Source: Ruditapes philippinarum (taxonomy: Eukaryota). From it: 64,000 nt of DNA. Within the stretch, counting starts at the first letter, position 1; every line of letters starts with the position of its first letter. The notes beneath the pieces are model-generated. The model was not told the DNA's origin. It searched no databases and was given only the letters and a program-made list of their open reading frames with translations. The DNA is taken from NCBI RefSeq assembly GCF_026571515.1, contig NW_026863766.1:62001-126000 (forward strand). The letters are read 5' to 3'. Positions 28,041 to 42,169 of the stretch are shown here, one piece after another. The translations under genes and the position numbers were made by a program.

Positions 28041-31000
28041 TTCCTACAGACGAGCTTACTGGAATAATCATTGGAGTAGTGACACTCGGGATATGTTCCT
28101 TTGTAATAGTATTCATATGTTTTAGATACCCATCCATACGGTCGAGGACTTTCTGGGACAGGGGGCTGAAACGGCTTATACGGCGCTTATATTGTAAGTT
28201 TTCTTTTTATGTTATCTTACCACTTTTTCTGGTCCTTGGGGGATTACTAACCCCAGCACGTCAGTATTAAAGATTATTGAATACCGCTTGAGCCTGTGCT
28301 AGGGGATAATGATGGATATTGCACATTTACGTGATCTCTCATGACAGGCGCAAACAAAGACTGTAATTTTTTTTATATAATATTGTTGTTTTATACCATT
28401 GCTTCCAAAGGATCACTTCTTTTCCAAATTTTAATTTCAATTGAACATTTAGGCGCACATATGGTCTGTCACTCGTTTAAAATATTTAAATACTTTTGTA
28501 ACAAATATGTTTATACATCTATTTATGGTTTATGACTCCTAATAAAATTATATCAGAAGCAAATCCGTTCATACACAGGAACATTTGAACTACGTTTCCT
28601 TCATCCTTTCTATATTTCTATTAGTTGTGTGTAAAATTGATTAACAGTTGCTGATGATTGCTGTTATATCCGGTGAAATAAATGTTGTGTAATTATCCGA
28701 TATCAATGAAATCAATATACTGGTGTTGGCGGCTGATAGATATTAACAATATCATGTAAAATACATGTTGGTTGATTAACGTTGATGTATAGAAATATTG
28801 CTCAAATATTGTTTGCTTGCTTTGTAACACGAGAATATCTTGTTGAAGTTGTATAACATGAGTATATATTTGGATACGTATTGTGTCTGTACAATTTAGC
28901 ACCGCAAAGTGCAAAACATACAAAATTATTCATTCTAAACTGCTTAAATTGGCGTTGTATACATGTTACTGGATTACTATTATTTTTTATATTATTTTTC
29001 CTTAAGTCTAGTTCAACCAGCTTAAGATAGCTTAGAGATCAATGACTTCTTTATAAGAGGTATAATTTTTCTGTTTATTATAATATAAAATGTTTTAATT
29101 TTTATGTTCCTGTTTTGAGTATCACTACAACATTATACCGTTTCATATTAGTAAGAAAACCCAATAGTTGTGATACTTTATTGAATGAATGACATTGTTC
29201 AATGTGTCTGGAACGAGAAAAATAATAGTTTTGCTTTAGTTTAATATCGCATGTGGAATAAACTTGATGTTTTCTGTTTAATATACATATATAGAAATCT
29301 AATACTAGTTTGAGTTCCACAAGCTTTAAGCTCGAAATGAAAAAAGTATATCATCACCAACGAATTAAATGTTATATACACGTATTTATGAGAGTGGTTT
29401 CACTGTTAAATGTTTTGTATATATCAAAGTTACTATATCACGACGGATATTTTCACTTTAATCATTTGTACTATGTCATTTACTAGCAATGTCAATTCTT
29501 GAAATGAACCAAAAGATGAACTGAATACATGGATAAGTGTACACACCACATATGTATGATTTGCTATACAGTAAAACGTACACTCCCGACCGAGAGGTTA
29601 AATGCATCGTATGCAGCTCAAGACGTGTACACATTACGACGATTGCTGCTACACCGTATACAGCTTAAACAGAATACAGCTTACAATGTCATTGTTGCAT
29701 ATTGCAGTATATAGCTTTATTTGTAAAATCACTATGATGATGATCGTCATCACTTTTTCGTTCAGACAAAGACCAAAATTACGACGAAGACGACTACGTA
29801 TACGCAGACGACTTCAACGGTAAATATGACAATGAATTATTTTACGAATCCAAGTTCAACTTTTTCCACAACGATGACGGTTTTGATTACGATAACGACT
29901 TCAACAACTCTACGAGTTCAAATACGACTTAAATGATGACTGCCACTACTTCATCTTCTTCGACCACAAGAACGTCAGTTTAAACTTTTACGTATAGGAC
30001 TACGGTTACATAACATTTATTTTTAAGACTTGTTTGACAACAAATTCAGCTACAATCTCCAAATAATAACGGGCTCGACCACAATTCCACTTCTAACGAC
30101 CACAACTTCGTCTTCAAATACTACGCCGGTAACTTCGCCACGACTGCGACTAGTGCGACGTTTATCTTCGCTGTATCTATCACCCCAAAATCCTTGCAGA
30201 CATCTTTGGTGACTTTTTCGACCACAAGTCGTTTTCCACAACCAAAATGACATTGACCGCGAGTACTGTTTACATATTTACGATACTTATACAGCTACAA
30301 CTAACATATTATAAAACTTTAATTTATACGAGTATAATTACGAGCGCATGTTCACTTTCGACTTTACGACTACGACCACTACGATTTTAACGACCACTGA
30401 CATTAAAATAACGACCATGACAACGACTATAAGAATAACAAATCTGGCTACAAATACGGCAACTACGACTTCAACGACACTAAAGACTACGTGTTCAAAT
30501 AAACGGAGACGGTGACTACAATTACTTCAACTTCTAAAAGAATAGTCAAGTTTACTCGACTGAAATAAAAACTATAACGATGATAATGCTTCGACTGACT
30601 ATGCCGATGGAACTACGACTAAAATGACGACTCCGACGTTGACGATCATCAAAAAGCAATAAAGGTCATTTCTCAATCATAACTAACCGTCTTCGAAAGG
30701 CAAATCAGTTATTTCGTTATTGGTCGAATTATTGTTAGTGGTCCAAATAAATTTGACATACATCTGATCAATTGACGTTAAAAGTTCAAAGGGCATTTTC
30801 AGGTGATCAGTATCCCTCCGAAATACGGAAGGTACAGGTGAATTGACGATTTTACATTCACTATCCCTCTACTATCAGCTGGTGTAAGAAAAAAAGAAAA
30901 ACAAGAAGACAAAAAAATTTAGTTATGGGACCAATGCAGAACAAAAAGCAAGAGCAGAGGAAATTCGTGGTTCCTTAAATATTTGTGGATTATGGCAGCA

Positions 31001-34000
31001 GACGACAATCATATGCTTCTGATTATTTACGAAGATGTAGTGCTGAAAGTTTAGGTAGCAGGTGGACTTCTATAGCTTCAAACGAAACTGATCGAAGAGA
31101 CTTTGGAAGTAGTTTGAGTAGCAGACGGACATCTTTAGCGTCAAATGATCGACGAGGATCGGGTAGCAGTCTGTGCATTCGGAGAACATCGTTACTCTCA
31201 GACTGTACCTCTCGTAGAAGTTCTGGAAGCAGTCGAAGTAGTATAAAAGGTTCGAATGCTAGCTCAGGAAGATATACGACACTGATGAATTACTGGCTGG
31301 TGAGATTATACTTGTCTAGTACTTTTATTTATAAAATGGCATGAAATATTGAAGAAAATGTCCCATATAACATTTACAATTCATTTAGAATTTTTTTCTG
31401 TAAGTTTGAATCTGGTCAGGGTCTTTGGCCTATTTGCAGGTGAAGGAGCTATCCAGCTAGCTTAACGAACGTCGGAGGTTCCACTCACGTGCCACCCGAC
31501 TTCCAACACCAGTAAAGCTATAAAGTCGCCATATAAATCTACTGTCTTGGTGCGATGTAAAACCCAACCAAGATATCAAATATTAAAGATTCTTTTTTGT
31601 TTTTGTTTTGTTTTTGATATAAGCAAAATAAATTCATGTATATCAAAGAAGGTAACCCAAAAAGCGGGAATGATGACTGCTATTACCTTTTTTTTTTGCT
31701 TCAAATGCTTTTATTAAGATATTGTAAGATAATGAAAAATATAAAAGAAACGACACTGGTTTCATTCTCCCTAAGTATATATGAAAATTGTAGCGAATGT
31801 CTTAAAGTGACATTATGCCCATCCAAGTGTTGTGAACAGGTGAAAGTCAAAGTAAGTTAACATTTTGTCATAATTCCTTTATATTTCATAATTTATTTCT
31901 TTCGAACGATAAATAACTCACCTGGCCCAAAGTGGGTCAGTCTAAGAAAATTTTGTTTAACATTTTCCAATAGCAACTGTGAGTCAGTCACCATTATGAC
32001 GGGTCAATCTTTTGAAATACATGAATAAAGCCATTCAGATCAACTTGATAATGACAATAATGAAACATGTGCATAATGTCACTATAATTGTAAGTGACCG
32101 CAGTAACAAAATCTGTAATTTTACGTCAGATATATCGGAACGTTAGTTTTCGTATTCTGTGATTTTTATGACGCCCACGTTGAATTAGTTCATTCAATGT
32201 TACTAAAATAGCAAGTTTTTATCTCATTGAACGTATTTTCTCGGAGCTTTTTTCACATAGGGTTTTTCCTATTATTCTATTATCTAAGAAAAATGTGATG
32301 AATTTTGCCAGCCTTTCTTAAGATCAGATAAGGATCTTAGCTAGTGGTCTTGTTGACAATGATGATTTTAAGAATATCAGAACTCATGCGTAGGTTATTA
32401 ATTCCAACATCTTCTCGTTAGGCACAATTTTGTTATCCAGATTAAAAAACATAATGTGGCTTAGTCATTATTTTGTTGTCACTGATTTGTATTAAACGCG
32501 TAGAATGTCAATAAGAGTTGTAGCCAAATGATGGAAATCTCTACTTTTATAGAAATCTCCCATCAGGAGTAACGTCTTCTTTTTATATGCTTATTTATTT
32601 TTACGATAAATTCAATCAGAAAAATGAAAACGTAGCCTCGCTTTACAATTAGGTTGATTTCCATACTAAGTCTGTGACAAAAATAGATAATAATTAAGTT
32701 AATGGATTCCACTACCTTATTGAGAATATGTTATATCATATAAATTGGAGGGCTATAAATTAATAATCTTTGGTTTCGCACATGTGAGGAGACGTCATTT
32801 ATAGTTCAAATATACTCATTACAAAGTCTTTCTAAACATTACACTTTTATTTAGAAAGAAATGCTCATTGTCTCAGATGTAAAAAAATCGAAGAGTATTT
32901 TAATAAGAACACGTTAATGTTTCAATCATATAAAAAAATTCACCAAGCTTAAGGCTCTTTAAGCTTTTCTTTAATATCAATATATGAATTAAGAGAACAT
33001 ATACAAAGCAGTTTTTAAACTTTTACAGATAAAAGCCATCTTAATAATTATATATTCATCGAGCACAAGCTTGTCAAGCATCCTGTTTTAGAAGCTAGAG
33101 TGACCAAAAGTGATTTATAAAAACATAATTGTTGATTGAAATTTTGAGATGTCCGGTTAAATTGATAGAGCATTTGACAATAAATAGGGCCGCCTGGGTT
33201 CGATTTCCCGACTATCTATTTATAACATTATTTGCAAAATATTTACTTGACAAGTAAGGCTCTTGATAGACTTTGATTGTGTTCGTAGACATTGGATTGT
33301 CAATAAAGCGATGATTAATAAAGTGGTTATAAATGAAGTTACAAATATACTGTAATGCATATCAGACTAAGTCAAGAGTTTTCCGGAGTCAAGTCTTGAG
33401 ATTTTAAAATAATGTATTTATTCTTTAGATTTGTCAGACTCTGAAACATTAGAAATGGACGAGATGTACACGCTAGAGGAAGAGCTACCACCAGAAAACC
33501 GGAGGTCAAGTTTAGAAGAACCTGCTGACATGCAAGAACATGAGAAAAAACGTAAACGACCACAACCATACCGAAGGAGTCATTCACTTGCAGAAATTCG
33601 TCGGCCGACAGCTATTTTCATTCCTGAAAGTAAGAAATAAATTTTATACAAACATTTTTTGCGTAAAAACACGCTTATATAAAAACTAGGCAAGTGAAGC
33701 TTAACTCATAACAAACGTTTTGAAATTACTGAAAATTGCAAAGTAATCTTTTTTTTTGTTGAATTATATATTTGATATTTTATATATTTATATATATATA
33801 TACATTATTTTTCTACTTTCAGTAAAGCAACCACCAGTACCAGGTATGTTACACGACTTTTATAGTTTTCTGAAACGATTGTGCGTTTAAACTAATCATT
33901 ATCTTTAAATGCTAAGCATATTGTTTGCAGTCAGTGTAATTAATAATACATCGTTTTCAAGTGAATATCAAATAAATGTATTCATGACAAAAGGGTAAAT

Positions 34001-37000
34001 GCACCTTTTTTCGTGCATTTCCAACTGCAGAATCACGAGCACGCATTTAAAGCCCGGGCCCGAGTTTTTCCGCGTTCTTCTATAGATATAAATGCACAAG
34101 TATATAGGTACATTTGCACTATACTAACATAAAAAGTAAATGTCAAAATTGGTATTATCGCGTTCCCTATCAGTATTAAGCATTCTTGTGTCATGCTTTT
34201 ACGTGCTAGTGCGATATCGTTTGACAGTTATTTTTGATGATAAAATTACCGGGGCCGTCATTACATAAAGCTATTTTATATTGAGCCCCGAGTTATGCTT
34301 ATTAAAAAAAATCTACCCGTCAATGCATTTTTTCTTCTCCGTTAGAGTATACCTGTGTGCGCAGTTCTTATGCAAGACTTTTGAGATATTTGTACATCCT
34401 TACCAAACTTGTTGAAAATTAAACGAAATAACTCCAGATATAGTTCCGAAATAAAAGAAAATGTTTGCTACTACAGACGAAAAAAATGTTGCTATTCAAA
34501 TCACTAACATAAAAATATCATGCTTTATAATTGATCAGTTTCGCCAGTAACATTACAATTTTGACACATAATATTGTTGTATACAGGTCGACCTCGACCA
34601 GATGGAAGACGGGTTTTTCTGTCGTCACTTGTAGTCAGGCCATTAAATGTTTTGGATCATACTCGTAACGCGGTAGCACCGCCATATCAGAGAAAAAGGC
34701 CGAAATTGGTAAGATTTATTAAACGCCATCAAATGGTTTACTCAGATTGATGTAAACATAGAAATATAGTGTTGTTATCGATCAAATGAAGCCGTTTAGA
34801 CTTTAAACTTAAAGTACAAAAATTATATTATTAAACATTTGAAATACAGTAGCGTAAATAATTTCTTTTTTGAAAATTTCATTTGATCAAAAGAAATATA
34901 TCGTTGTACTTTTTTTTTCATTATTTGCGTTTGTGTAACAAGGAGTGTCTCCATCATATCAATTTAACAATGAGAATGTAAGTATAAACATATTTTATCA
35001 GTTTACATGCCTGTTACATGTGGGGTTCCCCAGGGCAGCATCCTGGGTCCTCTTTTATTTTGTGCTATGTAAATGACATGAGAATTAGTATAGATCAAGA
35101 ATGTAAACTTATTCTATATGCCGATGACAGTGCAATTCTTTTGCTCACAAAAATCCAAGTATTATTTCTCAAAAACTTGGACAAACACTAGAGTCTTGTT
35201 CATCTTGGCTTGTAGATAACAAATTGTCACTTCATCTAGGAAAGACTGAATGTCTTATGTTTGGTTCCAAACGTAAACTGAAACAAGTTAAAGAGTTTAA
35301 AATTGTTTGTAATGGACATACTATTGAATCCACAAAATCTGTTAAATATCTAGGTTTAAATATTGATGATTCTTTGTCAGGTGAATCTATTATTAATTGT
35401 ATTCTTACAAAGGTGAATTCACGTCTTAAGATTTTGTATAGGCAAGCAAATGCTTTAGATTTTAGGACTACAAAATATTTATGCTCAGCACTATTACAAT
35501 GTCACCTTGATTATGCATGTTCTTCTTGGTACCTGAGCCTGAACAAGTGTTTTAGAAATAAGCTTCAAATTTGTCAAAATAAAATTGTTAGATTTATACA
35601 CGGTATGAGACCTAGAGATAGTGTCAATAATGATATTCTTGCTAATATGTCTTTACTAAATGTAGAAAACAGAAATAAGCAATTACATCTTAATCATGTT
35701 TTTAAAATTGTTAATAACCAGTGCCCTTCATATATGATAGAAAAGTCTATACCTGTTAGAGACATTCATTCTTATTCAACTCGGTCGAATCAGTACAATT
35801 TTAGGGTCCCAAGAAGTTATGGGAAAGATAATGTAACTTTTTTTCAAAAAGCAATTAATGATTGGAATTCCTTGCCAACATGCATAAAAAAATTGATAAG
35901 ATAGGAGATTTCAAAAGCTCAGTGAAGGCCCATTTACTAGAACAGTTAGGTTAGGAAATCATAATTAAATCCACTAGTATGACTAGAAATTGATCTCATT
36001 TTTATTGTTTTCCTTTTAGCAAAGTTAATGGAAATACTAAAGTTTGATATTTTACGTAAATGACATCTTCCAGTTTCCAAAGTTTTGTATTTTCAATGTT
36101 TTTGTGTTTTATATTGTATATTATAGTAATATATCATAGTAAGTATATATCCAAGGACCCCATTGGAAATAAGCCTTCGGGCTTTCATGGGCAATCCGAG
36201 GTTATTGCACACTACTCTATACATGTTTCCACTTACGTCCTCACATTTTATTAAACTAGTAATTTGATATCTAGTCATAGGAAGGAAAGAGATTTAGATT
36301 TTGTTTTTAGTTATAATATTTTATTATTTAATGAGCCTTCTGTGATATCTATGTTTGACAAACTTCCGAAATATTTTATTACAATTGTGTCATCCGTTTT
36401 ATATAAAATGCTTAAGTGTTTGTATTATGTATACATGTATATGTGTTTTAACCTGAATAAATATCTATCTATCTAATATCTAACAATTGAATCAAAGAAA
36501 AAGACATTAATAGTTTATCAATTCATTAGACCAGATTAGAGGTTAAATATATTTAAACGCGTATAATAAAATGATTTCTTTTCTGTATTATAAAAAAAAA
36601 ACAATATCGAGATTTTAAATGTTATGCAAACATAATAATCCAAAAATCTTGTAAATATATATTTTTCATTTTAAAGGACCAGTTTGTGATAGTGTTCACT
36701 ATTTTTATTCGTTACAGAGACCACCAGGGATAGGATTACCCGACACATCGGTAATGATGCACGATTTGAACCCGGAAGAAATGATGGCTCCAAGGTATGC
36801 CACACCTTACAACCCACAGGACGATTCAACGTACAACTACAGTTTTCAGACAACGCTTTAAATGTGATTATTATTGAGGTAAAGTTAACGTGACATTCCA
36901 TTGTGCGTTTATTCATATATATCAAATATTTGTTATGATTTAACTTACTGATGCTGTTGCGTAGCTTTCTTGCTGTTGCATAGGTGACTTCAGTGAAACA

Positions 37001-38437
37001 TATATATCCCGCCTATAGACAACTTATTCAACTGATTCCCCAATGTCACTGTGTTAGCATATTTCAGTCTTGTATTCTAATTTGGATTTTATTTGCGAGC
37101 CTAACAATTTTGAAGATGGAAAGGTAATAAAGATGACTGATACAAAATTTACATATGATAATTCCTATATTGTATGTTTATTATTATAGCCGTAGTCGGC
37201 ATACAAACAATTTGACATAAAATTATCAGCTAAAAATGTTTAAACTTTTTACTATTTATCTCCATTTTTAGGCAGGTGATCTCAAAATTGCTGGTCTACT
37301 ACAATGTGAAGGCATTTCTAGTACCCGGTAGAACATTTAAATACAGCAATAAAACAATAAATAAATCAAGGGTGAGTAAATTTTATCAAATAAACTTTTC
37401 GAAAATCAGTAACATGATTAAATTCATGACAGCAGAATAGATTCTCAAGATTTTAAATCTGTTGGTTGTAAAACCAAAATTTAAAGTAGAGATGAATAAC
37501 ATAAAACGACGTTGGCTTTTGCAGGCTTTTAAAAATACATAAAAACCGCCATGTAAAAGCTAATGGCATTAATGCAAAACAAAAAAGAAATCGAAAACAG
37601 GAAACATTCTTACGTGATATAATTATGTTTTAATTTATTTATTTTATTTATTTATTACAGACGCCTGTGTTTCTTGAAAAGTTTTCTATTCAAGAAATAA
37701 CCTGAGAAGAGGTATCAGATGGGTCTGCTCTCGAATGCCAGGTAAGATTGTGTTACTTTCTTAAATTTTAATAAACATTAGTCTTAAATGGTACATTGGT
37801 AATATAACACAAATGATACATTGTTAATATCAAACAAAGATACATCTGTAATATTACACTCAAGTTATACATTTAAATTAACAGCGCATTACATTCTGAC
37901 ATTTGTTTGCTTATTTTTGCAACTAAATTAGCTGACGAGAAGCAAACTCTGAAGATTACAAGACATTTAAAATGTATGACAAGGCAGAAATACAGGAAAA
38001 AAAAGTTTAAAAGATGAGAAATTATTTCCTTCTTGCAATTGCGTAATGAATTTTTTATCAAAAATTAAATTAAACTTGATTTAATTGCATGTGATAAAAA
38101 ATCAATTCATATGACTTTTCAGAAGCGCATTAGCTATTTTATCTGACCTGCTTTTATAAATGATGAAATGAATTAAGTAGCCAGTCATGTGATAACGTTT
38201 AACGTAAAAAAAACATATGACTTCAATTCTACTAATATTCTTACATTGAACTCATTATAAATGTGTCTACGTTTACGTCCTCCATACACAATTTGAATAA
38301 AATATTTCTATTCATTTTTATCGTAGGTTTATTCCTCGAATCACATTACTCGTAGACTTCTGGTGGATATATAAGATATAGATAAATACGAAAATGGACT
38401 TGTAGATTTGATAATACTCCCTCATAGTGTTAACAGG
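28041..38437 (+). pseudogene. Duplicated synaptotagmin-like pseudogene (first 9 located exons, no C2B)
   Basis: Same exons as copy 1 but with CAA>TAA at 30976-30978, AGA>TGA at 37703-37705, 1 bp deletions in the linker exon, internal deletions in two C2A exons (~37297 and ~38367), and loss of the three C2B exons. Confidence 0.88.
34975..36481 (+). mobile_element. 5'-truncated CR1/L2-group LINE (RT C-terminal half plus 3' UTR)
   Basis: GVPQGSILGPLLF (~35022), YVNDM, LYADDS (~35113), continuing into ORF 35224-35904 (LSLHLGKTECLMF..SVKYLGLNID..LDYACSSW); ends aataaa-(tatc)n; absent from the copy-1 intron near 19180. Confidence 0.9.
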
Positions 38438-38649
38438 GTAATATTTCTTTAATTTCTTTTGTCAAACAATTCATCTATCTCAGGTTTTTAGGTGTGTTTT
38501 AACATAACATACATATTAAACCATATGGTAATGTTTATGACAAATTTGATGTTATGCATACTTTTATTTAAAACATTCTTACATTAACTTCAAACTACAA
38601 ATTGAACCGTTTCACACAATGTCGAAACCTAAACATGAACATACATACA

Positions 38650-38800
38650 TGAACCGGTGACGGATATGGCTTTTTCCCGGCAAATTTGCCCGCCCACACA
38701 AATCAAGGAAAGTAGTTGTTTTTTTCGCTTTTAGCAAACTTCGGATATAACGAACGGTATTTTTATGTCCCATTGAGTTCGTTATAAGCGGAGTCGACTG
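38650..38800. mobile_element. One end of a Tc1/mariner-pogo-like MITE
   Basis: Ends ...gttcgttataagcggagtcgactg|TA (CAGT terminus on the minus strand, TA target), with internal ttcggatataacgaac / gttcgttataagcgg inverted motif; other end missing. Confidence 0.55.
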
Positions 38801-38848
38801 TAATTATAAATTCAAGGAAAAATTCAGTAACTCTACCAAATTCAAAAC

Positions 38849-39275
38849 CACAGGGACTTAGCACAGTGTTGGGATAGTGTAAAAAAGTAATTCTAAAAAA
38901 AAATATATACCTTATATATAATATATAGACAAGGGGTTGAACTCGCCAAATCGGCCGATTGTCACTAGTCCAGTACATGTCAAAATTACAAAGTCATTTT
39001 TACGTAAATCATATAAAGCTTTATATCAAATTGCAGGTAAATGACATCACTAGACGTTGACAATAACATTATTGTCCCCACTTAAACCGTTTTTGAACAA
39101 CAAACCGATATTTCAGATGGAAAATCGTATTTTTGCTAGGTCGGACACGACCGTGTAACCAGTCCCGACTCAATTTTCTACGTGTAAAAACGCAATTCCA
39201 AACAACGACAGTGTATCATCCCGCAATAAATCGATAAAACACATTCAAAGAAACAACTTACCGCTAAATATTGAT
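38849..39275 (+). repeat. Left TIR (~427 bp)
   Basis: Reverse complement of 48821-49250 with about 11 differences by manual comparison. Confidence 0.95.
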
Positions 39276-39529
39276 TTTCAAAATGTTTTATAACAGCTGA
39301 AAACAACTAATTTCTTGTACGTAAAAATGAAAGTTGTAATCCGAGGGTAATCCGCATCCAGTGGTTATCACGTGACCGATTTGCAACGGATAATTTCATT
39401 GGTTGATTTCTGGTTCCCTGTCCTGCAAGGTAGGTTTCTACGAAGCTGCAATAGAAAAATGGTATAAGTATCAGATAAATGTAAATGTAAACAAATGTAC
39501 ATTGCTGGTTTACGAAAACGTAAATAAAA

Positions 39530-41248
39530 TTGTCTTTAAACCAAAAACAAAGGGATGCTTTAAGCATTGCAAGTGCTGGACACACCCTTCTTTTATTAGG
39601 ATCGGCTGGGACGGGTAAAAGCCATCCTATTACTGAAATTTGTAAGGAATTGAATGAAAAAGGTAAACAAGTGAAACTGACATGCAGCACGGGCATAGCA
39701 TGTGCAGTGTACCCCACCCATTTAAAACCAATGACAATACACAAATTCACTGGGATAGATGATGGAAGGCATGATCCGAATGAAATTGTGTCAGTATTGA
39801 AAAACAATGCCAAGTGTGACAAGATTATTGATGCAATTATGACAACAGATGTATTAATAGTAGATGAATGTTCTATGATAAGTAAACGTACATTCGAGTC
39901 CATAAAAAAGGTCTGTCAAATTAAAAATCCATGTAAAATATTTGGAGGAATTCAAATTATATTCAGTGGTGACTTTTTTCAGCTCCCACCTGTACCGAAC
40001 AAAAGGTACAATGACGATGGCACATATTGTTTCTTAAGTGAGTTCTTTCAAACTTGTTTCTCTCATACAGTAACATTAACTCAAAATGTGCGGCAGGATG
40101 AGGAACTTTTTGTTAAAGTTATATCTGATATATATCAAGGCAATTTAACTGAATGTGTCATAGAATTTATGAACAGTGTCAATAAATCTTTACCGGGTGG
40201 CAGCCTTAAATTATTTTCAACCAATTTATTAGTGGATACGTACAATCATCAGTGTTTACTGAATTCTCCTGGAGACTTGTTTGAATTCAAAGCAACATAC
40301 AATGGGAATGCAGCAGAACTGAAATCTTTGACAGTGCCTAAAACATTATGGTTGAAGCTTGAATGTCCAGTGATTTTGCTGCGAAATTTAAGTGACACAC
40401 TTGTGAATGGGTTGAGAGGAATATTGAAGTATGCTACTGAGACAAAACTGGCAGTGTACTTTCCCAGTTTACAAAAGACACAAACATTGCATAAAGAGTC
40501 ATTTACAGGTAAAACTAATATTTCATGTCAGAGCCTTTTCTGTTTTAATATTTAAATCAGTAATAACATATGTTTAAAACACATACATGCTAGTCTAAAG
40601 TAATTAGTAATTGGTTTGTGCACATACATGTTTTTTTCAAAAAAGTAAAAAATGTTGTTATTTTTATTTTCATTGAACAGTGTTTGATCCAAGGACAAAT
40701 TCAGATATTGCAAGCAGAATGCAGTTTCCTGTAAAACCAGCATTTGCATTAACAATTCATAAAGCACAGGGGATGACATTGCCTTGGTAAATATACATGT
40801 AGTTCATAAAAATATTTTCCTAAATGTATTTTACTTCCAAACAGTACTGTCTGTATACATTAGTAACTGTTACTATCTTATATAATTGAACTCAATATTT
40901 AAATTTTTATTAGTAATAAAAAACAATAATAAGTCATTTGAAATAGACAATGGAAATATTGCATCTTCCTCATGTAAAGTAAAATAGTGAGATTAATATA
41001 ACTAAGAGCATGGTTTTCTATTTATTACATACAAAATACATATTTTTCAGGCTTGAAGCGGACTGCAATGATATATTTAAGACAGGTCAGCTAGGGGTTG
41101 CGATTTCTAGGGTTAAGTCTTCAAAGGGGTTGCGTGTAATCAATTTTCACCCGAGGTACATATTTAGCCCACCTGCTGCTATCAAACAGATTTCGGATAT
41201 GAAAAGCAATGGAATGATTGAAGACTTTAGCTGTTGTAGAATGATAAG
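39530..41248 (+). CDS. PIF1-family (SF1B) DNA helicase, exons 1-3, transposon-borne
   Basis: Exons 39530-40508, 40681-40786, 41051-41248, GT-AG and in phase. Motifs: GSAGTGKS, STGIA, TIHKF, IVDECSMI, FGGIQIIFSGDFFQLPPV, LTQNVRQ, PVILLRNL..LVNGLRG, RMQFPV..AFALTIHKAQGMTL, GQLGVAISRV..GL. The start reads aaaatTGTCT (ATG apparently broken by an extra T). Confidence 0.93.
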
Positions 41249-42169
41249 GTGATAATGTTTTCAAGTTAATAAGAATCACAACCAATCCAAGCAATGAAAG
41301 AATTGTTTCTTCCTAATGTTATGATACATATTTAGCTTGATTATTTAATGGAAAGTACTTTTGTCTTACTCACCTTAGTGTCATCACTGGCAAAACACTT
41401 GCTCAACCACTGGAGTTGTGCTTATTTAACTTCCAGCAATACCATTTTTTCTAGATGACATTTGTTGTCCAAAATCTAGTATTCTTGCATGGATTATTAC
41501 TGAATAATTCATTTGAGAACTCCTTGATTTAACTTTTTGTTACTGTTCACTTTTACAATGTAGTAATGTTATTCTGGATCTTCACACTTATTGATTCCAG
41601 TATGTTAAATGTTGAGTACACTAATTAATTTCTATGTTGCTTTTATTTAACTGTCCAGCACCGAGAAAAGTGCAGCCTGCTGTCCCAAGACGGGTTTTAG
41701 TTTAAATTTGTTTTCATTGCTCTCGAAGGATCTCCTCTTTTCCAGAGAGTATGGGGGTGTCATAAGGCCTTGTTAAAATTTCTTTGTGGACCTATTAATC
41801 AATCAATTATTTCTTGTCTTTAATTTCCTTAAGTATCATTTTTGTGATTATCCTGTCTGTGCTCTGCCTTGCACCCTGTCCTGTTTTGTTTGGGGTCCTC
41901 CAGGGCTCCTTGTTGCTGGGTTGTTTGGGGGTTGAACTAATTGAACGCCGCCTTTCCATGTTGATCTTGTTTAATTATCATATTTCAGCAGGATCAGTAT
42001 CCAAAATGTTAGTGTCACTTTTACATTATCTCTCATAAACATACTCAAATCAAACTGTCTGCTTTTTATGATTATAGTTTTGTTGTTTTCATTGCTTCCG
42101 TGGGATCATCTCTATTCCAGATTTTTATGAAACTTCACAAATTGTCCTAGATGTCATATTTATATTTAA

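Noticed and set aside
38763-38978. Near-identical ORFs MYWTSDNRP... (also 49121-49330)
   Set aside because: Incidental frames in the two TIRs that run out through the element ends.
39530-41252. Helitron interpretation of the PIF1 gene
   Set aside because: No HUH Rep domain upstream (an in-frame stop lies at 39521-39523), no Helitron termini seen, and the gene lies within TIRs flanked by an 8 bp TSD.
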